Of a DNA stretch of 61,664 nucleotides, positions 9,216 to 18,535 are shown in pieces (position 1 is the stretch's first letter; each line of letters opens with the position of its first letter). The DNA lies in contig JAWBOS010000004.1 of the NCBI GenBank assembly GCA_038825875.1, positions 1 to 61,664 of the forward strand. The letters run 5' to 3'. Source of the stretch: Candidatus Woesearchaeota archaeon. GTDB lineage: Archaea > Nanobdellota > Nanobdellia > Woesearchaeales > JAWBMQ01. The notes under the pieces were generated by a model. The model saw nothing but the letters and a program-made list of their open reading frames with translations, was not told the origin of the DNA and did no database searches. A program made the translations under genes and the position numbers.

Positions 9216-10359
9216 ATTTGGAGAATTAACACTGAAAGGAAAAAACAGAGATTTTTTTGAAAAATCTTTATTAGATGACATAAGAAATCACTTGATATTT
9301 TCAAATTTGGATTTTAAAATTGAAAAGGATAGAAATAGAATATATATTTTTGGAGAAGATCTCAAGAAAATTCAGGAAGAGCTTTTTTTTGTTGCAGGCA
9401 TTAAATCTACAAGTTGTTGTTATGTTTGTGAAAAAAACATAGATTCAATTTTTGAATGTGTAAAGCAAGTGATTTTGGAAAAGGATATTAAGAATTGTGT
9501 TGTTATGATAGATGTAAAGAGATCAGATAAGTCATTTTCTATGCAAAGTCCAGAGTTAGGAAAGGAGATCTGTTCAAGAATAGAAAGAGAATTTCCTGAG
9601 AGGAATATTGTGTTTTCTTTTCATAATTATTCAAGAAAGATTTTCATAGAAATCCAACCAAAATATGCACTGGTTTTTGATGAGAAAATTCAGCATTTGG
9701 GTGGTTTGCCAATAAATACTGCAGGTAAAGGATTGTTATTACTTTCAGGAGGAATTGATAGTTCTGTGGCAGGAATTCTTGCAATGCGCAGAGGAATTGC
9801 AGTAGATTCTATTTTTTTTGATACCTTAGATGACGAGTTTTTTTATTCAAAACTAATAATACTTGCTAAAAGACTAAGAAAATTTTGTCTTAGCATGAAG
9901 CTATTCTATGTGCCTTATTTTAAGTTTTTTGAATATGTTTTTAACCAAATGAATAATAGAGAATTAAAATATGGATGTTTAATTTGTAAAAGAGGCATGT
10001 TTTATTTGTCTTCTAAATTGGCTAAAAGAATTGGTGCAGAGCTTTTGATTACTGGTGAAAATCTTTCTCAGGTTGCAAGTCAAACCCTTCAAAATATGAT
10101 CTGTATCTCAAAGATAACGGATTATTTGGTTTTACGTCCACTAATTTGTTATGATAAAGAAGAGATAATAAATTATTCAAAGTTTTTGAGAATTCATGAT
10201 GTTATAAATATTAAATCAGAAAAGAAATGTATACTTTTGCATGATCATCCTGTTACACGTGCAGCTTTAGATGAAGTTGTTAAACTTGAAAATAAGTTAA
10301 ATACATATAAATTCTTAGATTTAATTTTTGAGTCCATTAAGGAAGTAGATTTAAATTGA
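9184..10359 (+). CDS. thiI: tRNA 4-thiouridine synthase ThiI (THUMP + PP-loop)
   Basis: VVVRFGELTLKGKNR (THUMP N-terminus) and PP-loop LLLSGGIDSSVA. I preferred the ATG at 9184 over the TTG at 9166. It overlaps the topA 3' end. Confidence 0.88.
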   Translation: MKTQNKCVVVRFGELTLKGKNRDFFEKSLLDDIRNHLIFSNLDFKIEKDRNRIYIFGEDLKKIQEELFFVAGIKSTSCCYVCEKNIDSIFECVKQVILEKDIKNCVVMIDVKRSDKSFSMQSPELGKEICSRIEREFPERNIVFSFHNYSRKIFIEIQPKYALVFDEKIQHLGGLPINTAGKGLLLLSGGIDSSVAGILAMRRGIAVDSIFFDTLDDEFFYSKLIILAKRLRKFCLSMKLFYVPYFKFFEYVFNQMNNRELKYGCLICKRGMFYLSSKLAKRIGAELLITGENLSQVASQTLQNMICISKITDYLVLRPLICYDKEEIINYSKFLRIHDVINIKSEKKCILLHDHPVTRAALDEVVKLENKLNTYKFLDLIFESIKEVDLN

Positions 10360-10368
10360 GAAAAGGCA

Positions 10369-12123
10369 TTAGAACCAATTAAGAACTTCTTGTAATATTT
10401 TTTCTTTTCCCAATTTAAGAAATCTTATGCTCCCTGCTTTTGAGTGTCCTCCTCCTTCTATTAAAAATTCAGGATACTTATTTTGCAAATACTTAATTCT
10501 TTCTTGAAGTTTTAGATCTAAAATCTCACTTCTCAAAACAATTCCTTCATCATATACATATAGTATCACAACATTATCCTTTTTTAATTCTTTTTTTAGA
10601 AGATCTTTAGCGAACCCAGTGATCTTTCCCGGGCTTGGAAAATCATTAATGATATTGATATTCTCTAAAACTACTACTAAGGGGTTTTCTTTCACTATTT
10701 TTTTGTTTTTTTCAATGATTACTTCATATTCTCTCCACATCTCTTCTAAGTGTGGATAAATTACTTCTACCATCTTTTTCTGCAATTTTTGATCTGTGAA
10801 TAGACCATTTATGTATCCTCTACCTTCAATATTTCTTAAGTGATAACTTTCAAAATCAATTACTTCTGATAATTTCTTATAAAAATTCAGATCCTCTTCA
10901 GAGTAACTTTTGCAATATTGATGAAATTCATTTGAATCACTTCTGTCTCCAAATCCAGAAATGATAGGAAGATGTTTAAGATTGTGTTCTCTTATGAACA
11001 AACTTAATTCATAACTTAACATTCCAGCCGTGATTTTTTCATTTCCATTAAATAAGTGAGGGTTAATAAGAATATCAACGTTAGCTTTTATTTTTTCAAA
11101 TTCTTCAAAGCAAGAAAGATGATGATCTATTACAATTATTTTGCAATCGAATAGTTTTAGTTTTTTGTAGGATAACAAACTCTCTATTGAACTTCCAAAA
11201 TCAATACATATTACCAAAGGCTCTTTATTCCCAAATCTTAGGCTTTCATCTATAAAAAAAGCAATATCTTTTGTGCATTCGCTATAATCATAGAACGGAG
11301 TTTTCATAGGGATTCTTGAATAATGAGTCCAAATTTTTTTTTCATCCCTGTGAATCTCTTTCATCATTTGAATTATAGATACTTCTAAGGCTAATGCACC
11401 GCTATATCCATCACAATCTGCATGATGTCTCATAAGAATTGGTCTTTCCTCATATATTGCTTTTTTTATTTCAAATGCAGCATTGACAAAAAGAGGAAGC
11501 ATTCTTTTATAAACCTCTGATTCAATGCTGAACTGCTCTCTACTAGTCTTCGCATTTTCAATTATTTTTTGATTTACCTTTTCTAAGTCATAGTTTATCT
11601 TTTTTAATTCTAAAATTTCGCCTTCGATTTGATTATCATATAATGTTATTCGAATCTTTGCTCTGATTCCATCTCCTTCTTTTAGATTTGTGTATCTATT
11701 TCCATTTGAAAAAATCTTTAAGATTATGCTTCCAGTTTTGTCTTTTACTCTTAACAATAATGGACCACTTGTTTGAATTTTCTTTTCAATTATTCCTTCA
11801 ATCCACACAATTTTCTGAATATATGTTTCATCTATATTATTAATATCGCAGATTTCAGCTTCCGATGAGGAGATTTCTTCTATCACATAATCTTGAATAG
11901 AATCGCAATCAGCAATAATTTCGTTAGGCATTATTATTTTCTTTATCTTTACTACAACAAAATCATCTTTATAGTTTTCAAAATCAAAATTTAATCTCTT
12001 TTTTGGAATTTTTATTTTTTTGTTTAAAACGATGTATTCATTATCAATCTTTCCAAGATAACTTTCTCCAATTACAAGGTTTAGTATGTTTTCTTCTTCC
12101 TTCAGTTTTCTACATTTTTTCAT
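10369..12123 (-). CDS. RecJ-like DHH/DHHA1 phosphoesterase with an N-terminal OB fold (HAN/RecJ2-like nuclease)
   Basis: DHH motifs HHADCDGYSGALAL, CIDFGSS, VIDHH; DHHA1 motif GGGHSKAGS. The ATG at 12123 was chosen (the track GTG is at 12132). Confidence 0.85.
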   Translation of the reverse strand: MKKCRKLKEEENILNLVIGESYLGKIDNEYIVLNKKIKIPKKRLNFDFENYKDDFVVVKIKKIIMPNEIIADCDSIQDYVIEEISSSEAEICDINNIDETYIQKIVWIEGIIEKKIQTSGPLLLRVKDKTGSIILKIFSNGNRYTNLKEGDGIRAKIRITLYDNQIEGEILELKKINYDLEKVNQKIIENAKTSREQFSIESEVYKRMLPLFVNAAFEIKKAIYEERPILMRHHADCDGYSGALALEVSIIQMMKEIHRDEKKIWTHYSRIPMKTPFYDYSECTKDIAFFIDESLRFGNKEPLVICIDFGSSIESLLSYKKLKLFDCKIIVIDHHLSCFEEFEKIKANVDILINPHLFNGNEKITAGMLSYELSLFIREHNLKHLPIISGFGDRSDSNEFHQYCKSYSEEDLNFYKKLSEVIDFESYHLRNIEGRGYINGLFTDQKLQKKMVEVIYPHLEEMWREYEVIIEKNKKIVKENPLVVVLENINIINDFPSPGKITGFAKDLLKKELKKDNVVILYVYDEGIVLRSEILDLKLQERIKYLQNKYPEFLIEGGGHSKAGSIRFLKLGKEKILQEVLNWF

Positions 12124-12937
12124 TATTCTCACCGAGAAGCTTTTTAAGTAACTTTATTTTTTTACTCATTTCCATATATCCCTTAATATAAGAATCCTTT
12201 AATGTGTCAAAATCAAAAGGATGACCGGCAGATACTTTTGGAGTTATTATGAGCACATTGTTAAGCTTGTTTTCTTTTGCTAGGTTTTTAATTTTTTCTT
12301 CGATGATTGCTTTTTCCATTATAACTAGGGTTCTTTGAATAATTCTTATTTTGCTGTTAAATGATTCTTTAGGATTAATATAACTTAAGCAAATTCCAAG
12401 TTTGAAATCACTATCTAACAATTCAATTGGTAAAGGATCTAAGAGACCACCATCAACAAGAATAAGATTTTTGTAATTAGCAGGTTCAAAAATAAATGGA
12501 ATCGATATACTGGCTCGGATTGCTTCAATTACAGATCCTCTTTCGAATACTATCTTTTTTCCAGTTATGAAATTTGTTGAAACTATTTTTAATTTTATCT
12601 TTAAATCGCTAAATTTAAGATCTCCCAAATCTTTTCGTAGCATTTCTTTAATCTTTTCTCCAAGAATAAGTCCATGTGTTCCTCTTATTTTTGGATCAAG
12701 AAGTTTCATAAAACTTCTCGTATTGAAATTTTCAATATAATCTGTTAGTTTTTCAAATTTTCCCGCACAAAAATAAGCACCTACAATACTTCCAATACTA
12801 CATCCAACAATTTCATCTATTTGTATGTTTTCCTCAAGCAATCTTTTTAATGCTCCTACATGAGCTCCTCCCCTTGCTCCACCACTGGCTAACGCAATTC
12901 CCAAGCTTTTCCTATTCACATTTTTTTTATTTTTCAT
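12110..12937 (-). CDS. patatin-like phospholipase
   Basis: GIALASGGARGGAHVG oxyanion motif, nucleophile elbow GCSIGS, catalytic DGG. The ATG at 12937 was chosen (the track TTG is at 12985). Confidence 0.85.
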   Translation of the reverse strand: MKNKKNVNRKSLGIALASGGARGGAHVGALKRLLEENIQIDEIVGCSIGSIVGAYFCAGKFEKLTDYIENFNTRSFMKLLDPKIRGTHGLILGEKIKEMLRKDLGDLKFSDLKIKLKIVSTNFITGKKIVFERGSVIEAIRASISIPFIFEPANYKNLILVDGGLLDPLPIELLDSDFKLGICLSYINPKESFNSKIRIIQRTLVIMEKAIIEEKIKNLAKENKLNNVLIITPKVSAGHPFDFDTLKDSYIKGYMEMSKKIKLLKKLLGENNEKM

Positions 12938-13328
12938 TTTCTTCCTGTTTTTTTGTTTCAATCCATATTCTCTTTGCTTCTTCAAGATTTACGAATCTTT
13001 TTTCAAAAATGTACGGTTTTCTTTTTTTCATTTTTTCAATAATCTCTTTTAGTGGTGTGGAAGTAGAGACATTATTCTCCTTGCAATAGACATACATTAA
13101 GTTAAATACATCCCACAATATATCTCCCATTTCCTTGTTTTTATTTTGGATATTTGTTTCAATTTCAAATTCATATATTTCAGATCTTAGTTCTTCAATT
13201 AGGTCTTGACAAGTTTTGTTTCTTAACCAGGGATCAAAAATCCAATTATTTTTCATCATTTCTAGAAATTGATTCCATATTTTAGTTAGCTCTTCAAATT
13301 CCTCTTCTATGCTCTTTTTGTTTTCCAT
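12927..13328 (-). CDS. MazG-like nucleotide pyrophosphohydrolase
   Basis: EELRSEIYEFEIE and EMGDILWDVFNL, the typical EExxE/D helices of the MazG fold. Confidence 0.72.
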   Translation of the reverse strand: MENKKSIEEEFEELTKIWNQFLEMMKNNWIFDPWLRNKTCQDLIEELRSEIYEFEIETNIQNKNKEMGDILWDVFNLMYVYCKENNVSTSTPLKEIIEKMKKRKPYIFEKRFVNLEEAKRIWIETKKQEENEK

Positions 13329-13502
13329 TTTTAACTTAACGAAATCTTTTTAAACATTGACGGATTTTTAAAATTAGTTCCACTATATATTTGTTTTGGT
13401 TATGTCTTTGCATATATTTTGTTATAGCTGCTGTACAACTATATGTTGAAACATATATGAACTGTAACTGACTGTTTTGTGTAAAATTGTGGGCGTGAAA
13501 GA

Positions 13503-13847
13503 ATGAAGGAAGACGAACAAGAAAAAAGAGAAGATGATCAGGAGGCAATAGAGATTAGAAGAACTAGGATTCCGCAAGAAGGAGAGGTTTTTGGAATTGT
13601 AGAACAGAGACTTGGAGGCAGTAGATTAAGAGTTAGATGTTTTGATAATAAAACAAGAATCTGTAGAATTCCGGGCAGTTTGAAAAGATATCTTTGGGTT
13701 AGAGAAGGAGATCTTGTCCTGGTAAAACCATGGGAAAACATGAAGGATGAGCGAGGAGATGTTATTTTCAAATACACAGCTACCCAGATAAGTTATTTGC
13801 GTCGAAGGGGTATTCTGCAGAATTATGAAGAGTTTGGAGAGTTATAG
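13503..13847 (+). CDS. eif1a: translation initiation factor aIF-1A
   Basis: EGEVFGIVEQRLGGSRLRVRCFDNKTRICRIPGSLKRYLWVREGDLVLVKPWE is the canonical S1-like aIF1A core. Confidence 0.93.
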   Translation: MKEDEQEKREDDQEAIEIRRTRIPQEGEVFGIVEQRLGGSRLRVRCFDNKTRICRIPGSLKRYLWVREGDLVLVKPWENMKDERGDVIFKYTATQISYLRRRGILQNYEEFGEL

Positions 13848-13904
13848 GTAAAGATTGAAATTTTTAAATAAAAATTTTTAAACATAGTGTTATTCTTTTT
13901 GCAG

Positions 13905-15173
13905 ATGAATATTGTTTATTATTTAACTTTGGTAGTGATTTTTATTTCTCTATTCCTTGGTTTTGTTTGGTTATTTTACTTAATCTCTCTTGAATTGCAA
14001 GAAAGAAAGAGAGAAGTACCATTAAAGCCTATTACTATCGTTGTGCCTGCATACAATGAGGAAAATACAATTTATAGAACCCTTTCATCTATTTTTTCAT
14101 TGGACTATGATTTAGATAAATTAAGAGTTTTTGTTGTTAATGATGGCTCAAGAGATAGGACAAAACAAAAGATTTTAGAATTTATTAAAAAACACCCAAA
14201 ATTTAGAAAAAATCTGAAAGTTATTCACAAGGAGAGTAATGAAGGTAAAGCAAAGGCACTTAATGATGCTCTTAAAAATACAAATACTTTTTTCTTTGCC
14301 TGTGTCGATGCAGATTCTGTATTGGAGAGAAACTCATTAAAGAACAATATAAAATATTTTTTTGATGAATCTGGAAAATTAAAGAAACACATAGGGGCAG
14401 TTATTTCAGTGGTGAAAGTAAAAAATCCTTATGGACTTTTGGGATTTGCTCAGAATATTGAATATTTGATAATGGCACTTTATAGGAAATTGTTTGCATA
14501 TGCGAATTTTTTAAATGTTACACCAGGCGTTTTAAGTGTGTATAGAACTGAAGTTTTAAAAGAAGTAAATGGTTTTGATGAAACAAGTATTACTGAAGAT
14601 TTTGAAGTTGCAATGAAAATTGTAAAGAGACATTACAAAATAGAAATGTCAACAGAGAGTGTAGTTTATACTGATGTTCCTTTGAATTTTAAATCTTGGT
14701 GGAAGCAGAGATTGAGATGGTATAGAGGTTTTATAGAAACCATGATTAAGCATAGGGATCTTATTTTTTCAAGGGAACATGGAGCTTTTGGATTATTTTA
14801 TATTCCAGTTACTGTTGTTGCTCCTTTTGTTCTTTTTTTGGCAATATCTTTGATTCTTTACAAGATGTTTCAAGAAATGAGAAGGTTTATTTTTAAACTC
14901 ATATTTGCTCCTCAAACAATCAAATGGTTCTCTATTCAAACCCTTGAAGAGTTTATTTTTGACACTAATTATTTTATAACCATCCCATTAATAGTTCTTT
15001 TTCTAATCTTTTTGTATACAATAATTAAATCGCTGTTTTTTAGTGATGAGTCTTTCAATATCAAAACATTTATAGGTTGTCTTATATATCTATACCTTTA
15101 TCCATATTTTACATTTGCTCAGTGGATTCATGCAACTATCTTGTTATTGAAAAAGAAGCAAAAATCTTGGTGA
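13905..15173 (+). CDS. processive family-2 glycosyltransferase (chitin/PNAG/cellulose-synthase-like) with integral membrane domains
   Basis: VVPAYNEE, NDGSRD, CVDADS, ITEDFE and QRLRWYRG (D,D,D,QxxRW signature), with one N-terminal and several C-terminal TM segments. The ATG at 13905 was preferred (the track GTG is at 13887). Confidence 0.88.
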   Translation: MNIVYYLTLVVIFISLFLGFVWLFYLISLELQERKREVPLKPITIVVPAYNEENTIYRTLSSIFSLDYDLDKLRVFVVNDGSRDRTKQKILEFIKKHPKFRKNLKVIHKESNEGKAKALNDALKNTNTFFFACVDADSVLERNSLKNNIKYFFDESGKLKKHIGAVISVVKVKNPYGLLGFAQNIEYLIMALYRKLFAYANFLNVTPGVLSVYRTEVLKEVNGFDETSITEDFEVAMKIVKRHYKIEMSTESVVYTDVPLNFKSWWKQRLRWYRGFIETMIKHRDLIFSREHGAFGLFYIPVTVVAPFVLFLAISLILYKMFQEMRRFIFKLIFAPQTIKWFSIQTLEEFIFDTNYFITIPLIVLFLIFLYTIIKSLFFSDESFNIKTFIGCLIYLYLYPYFTFAQWIHATILLLKKKQKSW

Positions 15174-15180
15174 GAAAAAT

Positions 15181-15852
15181 ATGAAAAAAAATAACAAGAT
15201 GAAAAAAAGATTAAATGGAGAATTTTTTATTTACTTTAGATATTTATCAGTTGCATTTATCTTTTTTCTTTTTGGTTTTTATTTTGGTTACAATTCCAAT
15301 ATATTGAATAGTGAAAAAATTGCATTAATGCTCAAATCTGCATCCTTAAAAAATGATATCTTGAATTTACAACTTTCTTTTTATTATTCCTCACTTTTTA
15401 ACTGTTCTATTGCTTCATCATTGATAAATGAGTTTGAAAATGAAGTATCTGCGTTGGGTAGAACTTTACAGACAATGGATGAAAAAAACATGAAAGGTGA
15501 ATACTATTATCTTCTCAAGGAAAGATATCATCTTTATCAAATTAGACTTTACTTGATGTATAAAACATTCTTGGAGGTTTGTAATAGAAAGAAAAATATC
15601 ATCCTTTATTTCTGGAGTTTGAATAATGAATCCTTGATTCAAGGACAAATATTGGATTCACTAGTTAGCGAAGTCCCTGAAATCAAGATATTTGCAGTAC
15701 AGAAAGGTTTTTCAGAAGTCTATACATTTTTAGAAAAGTATTATAACGTAAACATTACTCCAACAATAATTGTTAATTATCAATTTAAATTTGAAAATAT
15801 TACATCTAAAGAGATTATAAAATCAGTTCTCGAGGAGGTTTCAAATGAGTAG
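15181..15852 (+). CDS. single-pass membrane protein, paralog A of a pair downstream of the GT2
   Basis: N-terminal TM followed by a ~180-aa domain. It aligns by eye with the next ORF: 2 conserved Cys, Y.LYQIRLY / Y.FYTVQINLF, and NNE..IQGQ.LD / NNENDVLQGYALED. Confidence 0.6.
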   Translation: MKKNNKMKKRLNGEFFIYFRYLSVAFIFFLFGFYFGYNSNILNSEKIALMLKSASLKNDILNLQLSFYYSSLFNCSIASSLINEFENEVSALGRTLQTMDEKNMKGEYYYLLKERYHLYQIRLYLMYKTFLEVCNRKKNIILYFWSLNNESLIQGQILDSLVSEVPEIKIFAVQKGFSEVYTFLEKYYNVNITPTIIVNYQFKFENITSKEIIKSVLEEVSNE

Positions 15853-16495
15853 GTTTAAGTTAATATGTATAGATGCGCTTCTTACTACGATCTTAGTATT
15901 TTCTTTAGGATATGCAATAAATTCCTTGATGGATTCTCAGAGAGTTTCAAAAATGCTCATTCAAGTGAATCTTGATGAAGTTAATCGAGAAAGTTTTGAG
16001 TTGATTTTTATGTTTAGAAATGTGTTTTATAACTCTACAGATTATTGCTATTCATTCTACAGAACATTACAAGAGTACAAAGAGGTTTTGACAAGATATG
16101 GAAAAACTTTGGAAGGTTATGGAACATTAGCAAAGTTTCACAAAGATGTTTTCAGGATTCTACAGTACGACTTTTATACAGTACAGATAAATTTATTCCA
16201 CCTTATAGAGACGTTAAATAAACACTGTTCGGATTATTTTTATATTTATCCCATTATATTTGTGTATGAATTTAACAATGAAAATGATGTTTTGCAAGGA
16301 TATGCTTTGGAAGATTTTGTTAAGAAGAATGATTATTTTTTTGTAATCTCCATACCCGTTACGTTTGCTTCAGTTTTCGGCTTAAGAAACGAATCTTCAA
16401 TTTATTTTTATGGAAAAGATTTTGTTAGGAATGAGACTCCTCTAATAGTAGGTCAAAGATTAGAAGAATTTTTAAATATTATTTCTAGTAAATAG
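15845..16495 (+). CDS. single-pass membrane protein, paralog B
   Basis: Overlaps paralog A by 8 nt and has the same architecture and conserved positions. Confidence 0.6.
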   Translation: MSRFKLICIDALLTTILVFSLGYAINSLMDSQRVSKMLIQVNLDEVNRESFELIFMFRNVFYNSTDYCYSFYRTLQEYKEVLTRYGKTLEGYGTLAKFHKDVFRILQYDFYTVQINLFHLIETLNKHCSDYFYIYPIIFVYEFNNENDVLQGYALEDFVKKNDYFFVISIPVTFASVFGLRNESSIYFYGKDFVRNETPLIVGQRLEEFLNIISSK

Positions 16496-16530
16496 CAAAA
16501 ATAAATAGAAAAAAGAAGAAATACAGAAAA

Positions 16531-17433
16531 TTATTTTTCTTCATAAATCATACTGTTCTCTTTTTGAATTTCTTTTTCCCAGATAAAATCAAATATTTTT
16601 CCGAAACTGTTTCCAACAAACTCTGTGTTTATCCAAATTCCTAATCTTTTATCTAGGAAAAAAAGGCATTCTCTGTCATCGATTATTATTCCATTGAATT
16701 TCATATTTTCGGTGTAGATTACATTTTTTTCTCCGAAAAATCTGTCAAGAACAGAATCTTGAGAACCGTTAACAATTACTTTTACATCTAAATCTCTTTT
16801 CAATGTAGTGTATAATGTTCCTCCTGTATAGTCCATTAAATCATATATCTGTTCTCGATTTAGTGCGATTTTTATGCTCTTGTTTGCGTTTTTTAGACTT
16901 TCTCTTATTTTTTCATAGATTGCTAAATCACTTAAGGTTTCATTTATTTTTGTGATTTCACTAATTTCTTGTTTTGAATTATAAAGTTCTTCTAACCTTT
17001 TTAGGAAATGGGAATCTTTTATAGAATCAAGAATCTCCAGCTTTTGTCTAAGTTCCTCGTACACATCCATTTTGAGTCTTTCTATAACTTGTTCAGGGTT
17101 AAGAGCTCTGTATTTTAATGGTCTTCCAGGGATTAGCATAATAAAGCCTTTCTTTTCTAAGCTTTCAAGTATATCATATGTTCTTGATCTTGGAACTCCA
17201 GAGAGAGTACAAATCTCTGCAGCAGTAAGTACCTTTTTTGATAAAAGAGTTAGCCAAACAGTAGTTTCATAGATATTTAGATCAAATTCCTTACTTATAC
17301 TCTTTAAGACTTCTTTGTCAATAGGAATTTTTGTTTCAATTTCCTCAACATCAGTTTCGTTTTGAGTATTATTTTCATCGAAGGGGTCCATATTTTTCAC
17401 CTTGTTTTTACTACGTTGTAGTAATTTGAACAT
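16531..17433 (-). CDS. TrmB-family transcriptional regulator
   Basis: Winged-helix segment YETTVWLTLLSKKVLTAAEICTLSGVPRSRTYDILESLEKKGFI plus a C-terminal TrmB-like domain. Confidence 0.8.
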   Translation of the reverse strand: MFKLLQRSKNKVKNMDPFDENNTQNETDVEEIETKIPIDKEVLKSISKEFDLNIYETTVWLTLLSKKVLTAAEICTLSGVPRSRTYDILESLEKKGFIMLIPGRPLKYRALNPEQVIERLKMDVYEELRQKLEILDSIKDSHFLKRLEELYNSKQEISEITKINETLSDLAIYEKIRESLKNANKSIKIALNREQIYDLMDYTGGTLYTTLKRDLDVKVIVNGSQDSVLDRFFGEKNVIYTENMKFNGIIIDDRECLFFLDKRLGIWINTEFVGNSFGKIFDFIWEKEIQKENSMIYEEK

Positions 17434-17563
17434 CTTTATAAATTTTTTGTATTTTTAATTATTACATAATGATTACACAAATAATTCACTATTAAGTAGA
17501 TTAATTTTTTTCAAAAATAAGAAAATTTAAAAACTTTAAGGACTATTTCTATTTGGTGAAACA

Positions 17564-18535
17564 ATGAGTATTCAAAATGCTCGTCAACAGATTGAGAATT
17601 TTCCCTCACAATGCACATTGATTGATACTCCTGTGCTTAAAATCTCTGGAAGAGATGTAGAGGGAATAGTAATTGCAGGAATGGGAGGTAGTGCTTTAAG
17701 TGGTGAAATTCTCAAAAATTATTTAGAATATAAGCACTTTAAACTTCCTGTGTTTATAGTAAGAGACTATAAATTGCCATCTTTTGTGAATAAGAAATAT
17801 CTTGTTTTTGTGCAGAGTTATTCAGGAAATACTGAAGAGACAGTTTCTGTTTTGAGAGATGCCTATATTAGACAGTTGAAACCAATAGTAATTTCAACTG
17901 GAGGAATATTGGTGGATTTAGCAAAAAAATATAATTTGCCAATCATCTTTTTGCCAAATAACTTTCAGCCAAGATTAGCAATTGGTTACTTCTTGTTTGC
18001 GGAATTATCAGTTTTAAATTCAATCTTCGATCTAGGAATTGATGAAGAGATTGAAAAAATAAGAGAAATAAAGTGGAGTACACATGAAAATTACGCTAAA
18101 AAGATAGTAGAGAAAATTGATGGTATTCCTATTATTTATGCTAGTAATATGCTTTCTTCAGTGCCGGTAATTTGGAAAGCCTTAATCAATGAGTGCAGTA
18201 AGAGCCATTGTTTTGCAAATGTTTTTTCAGAACAGAATCATAATGAAATGATGGGATTTATTTCAAGTAAGAATTTTTATGTAATACTTCTTCAGGATGA
18301 AGAGGATCATTACAGAATCAAGAAAAGGATGTATATCTTTCAAGAGGAGATGAAAAAATTGAATGTAAAAACACTTTTGTTAAACTTTAAAGGTTCATCA
18401 TTTTTTCAGAGAATATTAAGTTTGATTCACATTGGAATGTGGATTGCTTTTCATTTAGCCATAAAAAACGATCAAGATCCTGAAAAAGTAGAACTTATTG
18501 AAGATTTCAAGAAAAAATTGGGGAGATTCATATGA
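17564..18535 (+). CDS. bifunctional phosphoglucose/phosphomannose isomerase (SIS domain)
   Basis: IAGMGGSALSGEILKNY, SYSGNTEET, and ~320 aa length typical of archaeal PGI/PMI. Confidence 0.78.
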   Translation: MSIQNARQQIENFPSQCTLIDTPVLKISGRDVEGIVIAGMGGSALSGEILKNYLEYKHFKLPVFIVRDYKLPSFVNKKYLVFVQSYSGNTEETVSVLRDAYIRQLKPIVISTGGILVDLAKKYNLPIIFLPNNFQPRLAIGYFLFAELSVLNSIFDLGIDEEIEKIREIKWSTHENYAKKIVEKIDGIPIIYASNMLSSVPVIWKALINECSKSHCFANVFSEQNHNEMMGFISSKNFYVILLQDEEDHYRIKKRMYIFQEEMKKLNVKTLLLNFKGSSFFQRILSLIHIGMWIAFHLAIKNDQDPEKVELIEDFKKKLGRFI

